DNA of 64,000 nt from NCBI GenBank assembly GCA_050953065.1, contig JBMNLZ010000002.1, forward strand, positions 448,001-512,000. Reading direction: 5' to 3'. The notes beneath the pieces are model-generated. The model saw only the letters and a program-made list of their open reading frames with translations, had not been told where the DNA came from and made no database searches. Made by a program: the position numbers and the translations under genes. Shown in pieces: positions 58,262 through 64,000 of the stretch (positions within the stretch are counted from its first letter, which is position 1; each line of letters opens with the position of its first letter). Source of the DNA: Bacilli bacterium. Lineage in GTDB: Bacteria; Bacillota_I; Bacilli_A; ML615J-28; CAG-698.

Positions 58262-60871
58262 ATGGATGTTAAAAAAAGTATTAATGAAGTAATCAAAGAA
58301 CTTGAAACTGATGTAGTTAAGGGCTTAAGTAGTAGCGAAGTAGAAGAAAGACTAGCTAAATTTGGTAAAAATCAATTGCTAGAAAAAAAGAAAAAACCTT
58401 GGATTATCAGATTTTTTGAGCAGTTTAAAGATTTTCTAGTTATCATTCTTTTGATTGCAGCGGTAGTTTCAATTTTAGTGGACCCACATGAATGGATAGA
58501 AAGTTTGATTATTTTTATTGTAGTTTTATTAAATGCTATTTTAGGGTTAGTTCAGGAAAGTAAAGCAGAAAAATCATTAGAAGCTTTAAAGAAATTAAGC
58601 ACTCCTTTTGTTAAGGTTATAAGAAATACTGAAATGTTAAGTATTTCTTCAACTGATTTAGTTAAAGGAGATATTATAATAGTAGAAGCTGGTAACTTTA
58701 TTCCAGCTGATTGTAGATTAATAGAAGCAGTTAACCTTTCAGTTGATGAAAGTGCTTTGACTGGAGAAAGTGTTCCAGTCCACAAAATTATTGAACCAAT
58801 TGATAAAGAAAGTATTTCAATTGGTGATATGAAGAATAGTTTGTTTTCATCAACTTATGCAACTTATGGTCATGGTAAAGCAGTTGTAGTAAAAACAGGG
58901 ATGGAAACTGAAATTGGTAAAATTGCATCTTCTTTAATGGATTTTAAAGAAACTAAAACTCCACTTCAAGAAAAATTAGATCAAATAGGCAAAGTTATTG
59001 GAATTTTATGTGTTGCTATTTGTATAGTTGTTTTTGCTTTGGAAATGATAGTACAACCTAATTTTATTGAGGCCTTTAAAATGGCAGTCGCTTTAGCAGT
59101 AGCAGCAGTACCAGAAGGCTTAGCTGCGATTGTTACAGTTATTCTAGCGATTGGTGTTGAGAAGATGGTTAGACAAAAAGCGATTGTTAAAAAACTTCCT
59201 GCTGTTGAAACATTAGGTGCTGCATCTGTTATTTGTTCTGATAAAACAGGAACTCTAACTCAAAACAAAATGACTGTTTTAAAAATCTTTCATAATGAAT
59301 TAAAAGATATAGATAACTCTTTAACAAAAGAAGAGTTAGAAATGTTAGAACTTTTTGCAATGTGTACTGATGCAATTGTAGAAGAAACAGAAGATGGTAT
59401 AAAAGAAATAGGAGATCCTACTGAAACAGCATTAGTCTCAGCAAAACAAAAATACGTTAAAAAACCTACTTTTAAAGGCTTAAAAAGAGTTTATGACTTA
59501 TCTTTTGATTCAGCAAGAAAAATGATGAGTGTAGTTTTTGAAAAAAAGGATGGAAAATATTTAGTAATTACTAAAGGTGCTGTTGATGTTTTAATGAATA
59601 GATCTTTAAATGTTGATAAAATGAAGATTCTAAAAGCAACGGATGAAATGGCTAGTAAAGCTTTAAGAGTTTTAGCGGTCGCTTATAAAGAAATGGATTT
59701 TATTCCTAAAGATTTAGATTTTAGTGAAGTTGAAAAAGATTTGAATTTTGTAGGGCTTGTTGGTATGATTGACCCTGCTAGACCTGAGGTTAAAGATTCA
59801 GTTGCTCTTGCAAGTAAAGCTGGTATCAGAACAATTATGATAACAGGGGATTATGTTGCTACAGCTAAAGCCATAGCAAGTGAACTTAATATCTTAAGAG
59901 AAGGAGATATTGCATTATCTTCTCAAGAATTAAATGCATTAAGTGATGAAGAACTTTCAAATAATATTGAAAAGTATTCTGTTTATGCAAGAGTTGCACC
60001 TAGTGATAAGGTAAGAATTGTTAAGGCTTGGCAAGAAAATGGTCAGGTTGTAGCAATGACTGGAGATGGGGTTAATGATTCTCCTGCTCTAAAACAAGCA
60101 GACATTGGTTGTGCTATGGGGATTACAGGGACTGATGTTGCCAAAGAAGCAGCTGATGTTGTTTTAGTTGATGATAACTTTAAAACAATAGTTACAGCAG
60201 TTTATTATGGTAGAGGGATTTATGCTAATATAAAGAAGGTTGTTAGATATTTATTATCTAGTAATATTGGTGAGGTTTTTACAATCTTTGTAGCATCACT
60301 ATTATCAGTAATTTTAGCTGGGGTTGATTTTGGAATTCCACTATTAGCAATTCATTTATTATGGGTTAACTTGATAACTGATAGTTTGCCTGCCTTTGCT
60401 TTAGGAGCAGAAGATCCAGAACCAGATGTAATGGAACATAAACCACGTAGTAAAAATGAGAGTTTTTTTGCTCACGGTTTAGGTTTTTCAATAGTTTGGC
60501 AAGGAATTGTAATTGGTTCATTAACACTAATTGCTTATATGATTGGTCATTTTACAAGTCCTGAGACTTATTTAGGTCAAACAATGGCTTTTATGACTCT
60601 ATCAAGCATTCAATTATTCCATTCATTTAATATGAAGAGCGAACATAGTTTATTTAAAACAAATATTTTAAAAAATAAATATTTAGTAGGAGCATTCATT
60701 GTAGGAATGGCTTTACAATTTGGAATTTGTTATATACCTTTCTTAAACGATATTTTTAAAATGGTTCCTTTAAATTTTGGACAATTGATGATTGTTATGG
60801 GATTATCTTTTTCAATAATAGTAATTGTTGAAATTATAAAAGCTATTAAATCAAAAATAGTCAAAGAATGA
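58262..60871 (+). CDS. P2-type (Ca2+-like) cation-transporting ATPase
   Basis: LTGES, VPEGL, CSDKTGTLT, KGA, MITGD, TGDGVNDSPALK, SSNIGE, WVNLITD. Confidence 0.95.
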   Translation: MDVKKSINEVIKELETDVVKGLSSSEVEERLAKFGKNQLLEKKKKPWIIRFFEQFKDFLVIILLIAAVVSILVDPHEWIESLIIFIVVLLNAILGLVQESKAEKSLEALKKLSTPFVKVIRNTEMLSISSTDLVKGDIIIVEAGNFIPADCRLIEAVNLSVDESALTGESVPVHKIIEPIDKESISIGDMKNSLFSSTYATYGHGKAVVVKTGMETEIGKIASSLMDFKETKTPLQEKLDQIGKVIGILCVAICIVVFALEMIVQPNFIEAFKMAVALAVAAVPEGLAAIVTVILAIGVEKMVRQKAIVKKLPAVETLGAASVICSDKTGTLTQNKMTVLKIFHNELKDIDNSLTKEELEMLELFAMCTDAIVEETEDGIKEIGDPTETALVSAKQKYVKKPTFKGLKRVYDLSFDSARKMMSVVFEKKDGKYLVITKGAVDVLMNRSLNVDKMKILKATDEMASKALRVLAVAYKEMDFIPKDLDFSEVEKDLNFVGLVGMIDPARPEVKDSVALASKAGIRTIMITGDYVATAKAIASELNILREGDIALSSQELNALSDEELSNNIEKYSVYARVAPSDKVRIVKAWQENGQVVAMTGDGVNDSPALKQADIGCAMGITGTDVAKEAADVVLVDDNFKTIVTAVYYGRGIYANIKKVVRYLLSSNIGEVFTIFVASLLSVILAGVDFGIPLLAIHLLWVNLITDSLPAFALGAEDPEPDVMEHKPRSKNESFFAHGLGFSIVWQGIVIGSLTLIAYMIGHFTSPETYLGQTMAFMTLSSIQLFHSFNMKSEHSLFKTNILKNKYLVGAFIVGMALQFGICYIPFLNDIFKMVPLNFGQLMIVMGLSFSIIVIVEIIKAIKSKIVKE

Positions 60872-60927
60872 TTGTATATTTTTAGTATTTGTGTTAAAAT
60901 ATACAAGTCTTAATAAGGAGGAGTAGT

Positions 60928-62106
60928 ATGAGTAATGTAGGCACAGTTGCAAGAGGAATTAAAGCACCGATTATTAAAAAGGGCGATAATTTAGTGGATA
61001 CAGTTTTTGATTCAATTGTTAAGGCATCAGAAAGTGACAACTTTAAAATTGAAGATAGAGATGTTGTTTGTATAACTGAGGCTATAGTAGCAAGAGCTCA
61101 AAATAACTATGCAAATGTTAATCAAATTGCTAAAGATGTTAAAAGTAAATTTGATGGTGAAATAGTTGGCCTTATTTTACCGATACTAAGCCGTAATAGA
61201 TTTTCGATAATATTAAAAGCTATTAGTATGGGATGCAAAAAATTAGTTATTCAACTTAGTTATCCAGGAGATGAAGTTGGAAATAAATTAGTTTCTTTAG
61301 AAGACTTAGATAAGTATGGTATAAATCCTTACAGTGATTCTTTTACTGAAGAACAATTTAGAAAGTATTTTCCAGAAACTATTCATGCTTTTACTGGGGT
61401 TGATTATATTGAATACTATAAAGAAATTGCTGGTAATAATGCTGAAGTTGTATTATCAAATAACCCTAGATTTATTTTAAATTATACAGATCAAGTTCTA
61501 GTTGCAAATACTCATGAAAGAGTAAGAACTAAACAAATGCTAATTGAAGCAGGGGCTAAAAAGGTTTATTCGCTAGATGAGATTTTAAGTAAAAGTGTGG
61601 ATAATTCAGGTTATCATCCAACGTATGGAGTTTTAGGAAGTAACCTTGCTACTGAAGATTCAGTGAAACTTTTTCCGCGTGATGCTCAAGATATAGTTGA
61701 TGGAATTCAAAAGAAGTTTTTTGATAAATATGGTAAAACAGTTGAAGTTATGATTTATGGAGATGGAGCTTTTAAAGACCCAGTTGGTGGGATTTGGGAA
61801 TTAGCTGATCCTGTTGTTTCACCTTTCTTTACTAAGGGATTAGTTGGAACTCCACATGAAATAAAATTAAAATATTTAGCTGATACTAAATTAAAAGATT
61901 TGAGTGGTGAAGCTTTACAAGAAGCTATGAAAAAACTTATTTTTGAAAAAGAAAATGCTTCATTTGATGTTAATGATACATTAGGAACTACACCAAGAAG
62001 ACTGACTGATTTGTTAGGTAGTCTTGCAGATTTAACTAGTGGAAGTGGAGATAAAGGGACTCCTATCGTATACATTAAGGGGTATTTTGATAATTACGCA
62101 AGTTAA
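60928..62106 (+). CDS. CofE-like (F420-0:gamma-glutamyl ligase family) protein of unknown function
   Basis: ARGIKAPIIKKGD, DVVCITEAIVARAQ, EVMIYGDG, DLLGSLADLTSGSGDKGTPIVYIKG. Confidence 0.8.
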   Translation: MSNVGTVARGIKAPIIKKGDNLVDTVFDSIVKASESDNFKIEDRDVVCITEAIVARAQNNYANVNQIAKDVKSKFDGEIVGLILPILSRNRFSIILKAISMGCKKLVIQLSYPGDEVGNKLVSLEDLDKYGINPYSDSFTEEQFRKYFPETIHAFTGVDYIEYYKEIAGNNAEVVLSNNPRFILNYTDQVLVANTHERVRTKQMLIEAGAKKVYSLDEILSKSVDNSGYHPTYGVLGSNLATEDSVKLFPRDAQDIVDGIQKKFFDKYGKTVEVMIYGDGAFKDPVGGIWELADPVVSPFFTKGLVGTPHEIKLKYLADTKLKDLSGEALQEAMKKLIFEKENASFDVNDTLGTTPRRLTDLLGSLADLTSGSGDKGTPIVYIKGYFDNYAS

Positions 62107-62111
62107 AACTT

Positions 62112-62142
62112 AAAAAAAGAAAACATAAGTTTTCTTTTTTTT
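62112..62142 (+). terminator. Intrinsic terminator
   Basis: AAAAAAAGAAAAC-ATAA-GTTTTCTTTTTTT. Confidence 0.7.
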
Positions 62143-62287
62143 AGGTAATTATATCTGTGTTTTAGTAGGAAGAAATTATTAAATAAAAACAAAGTAAATT
62201 TTATAAAAAACAAAGATAATATTTTGGTAGAAAAAATAGATAAAAAAGTGTATAATGATTAATATACAAGAAAGTTATGGTGATATT

Positions 62288-63721
62288 ATGAATAACAAGT
62301 TAGTAAGAGCAATTACAAGTAGAGATGAAGATTTTGCAAAATGGTATACTGATTTATGTTTAAAAGCTGAGTTAATGGATTATTCTCTAGCAAAAGGCTT
62401 TATTATCTATAGACCATATGGTTATGCTTTATGGGAGGGGATTCAAAGTTATTTAGATAAAAGATTTAAAGATACAGGACATGAAAATGTTTATATGCCT
62501 TTGCTTATTCCACAATCTTTATTTCAAAAAGAAGCAGATCATGTTGAAGGTTTTGCTCCTGAGTGTGCTATAGTAACAGTTGGTGGAAAAGAAGAGTTAG
62601 CAGAAGAGTTAATTATTAGACCTACATCAGAGGTTTTATTTTGTGATCATTATAGCAAGGTAGTTTCTAATCATAGAGATTTACCAAAATTATATAATCA
62701 ATGGTGTTCTGTTGTAAGATGGGAAAAAACAACTAGACCTTTTTTAAGAGGAAAAGAATTCTTATGGCAAGAAGGTCATACAATTCATGCAACTGAAGAA
62801 GAAGCAAGAGAAGAAACTCTAAGAATGTTAGAGATTTATAAAGAAGTTGGAAAAGAGTTGCTAGCAATTCCTTTTATTACAGGAAGAAAAACTGAAAAGG
62901 AAAAGTTTGCTGGAGCATTAGAAACTTATACAATTGAGGCTTTAATGCATGATGGTAAAGCTTTACAATCAGGAACTACTCATTATTTTGGTGATGGTTT
63001 TGCTAAAGCTTTTGATATTAAATTCCAAGATAAAGATAATACATTAAAATATGTTCATCAAACTTCTTGGGGAGTATCTACTAGATTAATTGGTGCGATG
63101 ATTATGGTTCATGGAGATGATGAAGGATTAGTAATCCCGCCATATCTTGCTCCAACTCAAGTTGTTATCATTCCAATTCAATCTCAAGTTCCAATTGTTT
63201 TAGAAACTTGTAATAAAGTTTTAGAAAAATTAAAAGCTAAAGGAATTAGAGTAAAACTAGATGATAGTGATAGGACACCTGGCTGGAAATTTGCTGAATA
63301 TGAAATGAAAGGAATTCCAGTTAGAATTGAAATTGGCCCAAGAGATATTGAAAAAAATCAAGCAACTATTGTTTATAGACACACAAGAAAAAAAGAGTTT
63401 ATTTCTCTTGATGCTTTAGAAGAGCAATTACCAATAATTTTCAAAAAAATGCATCAAGAATTATATGATAATGCTTTAGAAAATGTTAAATCTAATACAA
63501 GAATTGCTAAAACATATGATGAATTTAAAAAAATCATTAATGAGTTTGGTGGTTATGTAAAGATGATGTGGTGTGAAGATGAAGCATGTGAGTTAAAGGT
63601 TAAAGAAGATACGACTGCAACTGCAAGGTGTATTCCTTTTGAACAAGAAAAAATAGGAGATGTTTGTCCTGTTTGTGGTAAGAAAGCTACTAAGATGGTT
63701 TTATTTGCAAAAGCATATTAA
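62288..63721 (+). CDS. proS: Prolyl-tRNA synthetase, archaeal/eukaryotic type
   Basis: DFAKWY, HVEGFAPE, IRPTSE, RWEKTTRPFLR, EFLWQEGHT, QSGTTH, TSWGVSTR, Zn-binding C-terminus ending AKAY. Confidence 0.97.
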   Translation: MNNKLVRAITSRDEDFAKWYTDLCLKAELMDYSLAKGFIIYRPYGYALWEGIQSYLDKRFKDTGHENVYMPLLIPQSLFQKEADHVEGFAPECAIVTVGGKEELAEELIIRPTSEVLFCDHYSKVVSNHRDLPKLYNQWCSVVRWEKTTRPFLRGKEFLWQEGHTIHATEEEAREETLRMLEIYKEVGKELLAIPFITGRKTEKEKFAGALETYTIEALMHDGKALQSGTTHYFGDGFAKAFDIKFQDKDNTLKYVHQTSWGVSTRLIGAMIMVHGDDEGLVIPPYLAPTQVVIIPIQSQVPIVLETCNKVLEKLKAKGIRVKLDDSDRTPGWKFAEYEMKGIPVRIEIGPRDIEKNQATIVYRHTRKKEFISLDALEEQLPIIFKKMHQELYDNALENVKSNTRIAKTYDEFKKIINEFGGYVKMMWCEDEACELKVKEDTTATARCIPFEQEKIGDVCPVCGKKATKMVLFAKAY

Positions 63722-63793
63722 TTTTAGATATATTTAATTTAAATGTGTTATAATAAGTTATAAGAAGTCCTAGATGAAAAGAAGGTGATGAAA

Positions 63794-64000
63794 ATGAGAA
63801 AAAATAGATTATTAATTTTTATATTAACCTTAATATTAGGACTTTTTTTGACGGGTTGTGACTTTATAGATTATATTAGTAATCTCAATAATGCTCCTGA
63901 AATTGTAGATTCTATTGAAGAAGCAGATGATGCTGAAGCTTTGGCTCAGTTATTAGCTGAAAAGGATTTATTAGAAGCAGAAATTGCACAACTTCAAAGT
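63794..64000 (+). CDS. Partial (3'-truncated) lipoprotein
   Basis: MRKNRLLIFILTLILGLFLTGCDF..., open to the window end; TGTTATAAT and AAGGTG upstream. Confidence 0.75.
   Translation, partial: MRKNRLLIFILTLILGLFLTGCDFIDYISNLNNAPEIVDSIEEADDAEALAQLLAEKDLLEAEIAQLQS

Noticed and set aside
62143-62287. T-box leader upstream of proS
   Set aside because: No GGTGGnACCGCG motif, and a TATAAT lies only about 30 nt before the start, leaving no room.

Overview
AT-rich bacterial chromosomal segment (well under one third G+C by eye). It uses the standard genetic code (TGG=Trp, TGA as stop), has strong + strand gene bias, Bacillota-type SD sites, TGnTATAAT promoters and many intrinsic terminators. The gene content (InlB-B/Big_2 lipoproteins, DUF285 protein, archaeal-type ProRS, rubredoxin/FprA) suggests an anaerobic Bacilli lineage such as Acholeplasmatales/Izemoplasmatales; this taxonomy is inference only. 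About 55 CDS are present, and I saw no rRNA, tRNA, CRISPR array or intact transposase. Main blocks: (1) an HPr-kinase-like P-loop protein plus NTP_transf_5 nucleotidyltransferase behind a surface-protein gene; (2) rlmD followed by decayed cargo fragments; (3) an Orange-protein (orp)-like DUF5320-DUF134-NifX-2x Fe-S ATPase-MBL-NifX operon with a twice-repeated palindromic operator; (4) an F1Fo operon with a 72-aa half-delta subunit; (5) an Ldh_2-malic enzyme-LarA-flavin reductase-malic enzyme operon; (6) a dispersed set of exported, stalked putative peptidoglycan hydrolases (two GHL10, one SH3-NlpC/P60, one CHAP), one broken by a single in-frame TAA; (7) transport and housekeeping genes and an orphan CofE-like ligase. 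Three coding regions missing from the ORF track were read directly, besides the partial genes at both window ends: a rubredoxin, a 33-aa membrane peptide coupled to thpR, and a zinc-ribbon pseudogene. All family calls are by motif recognition, not database search.
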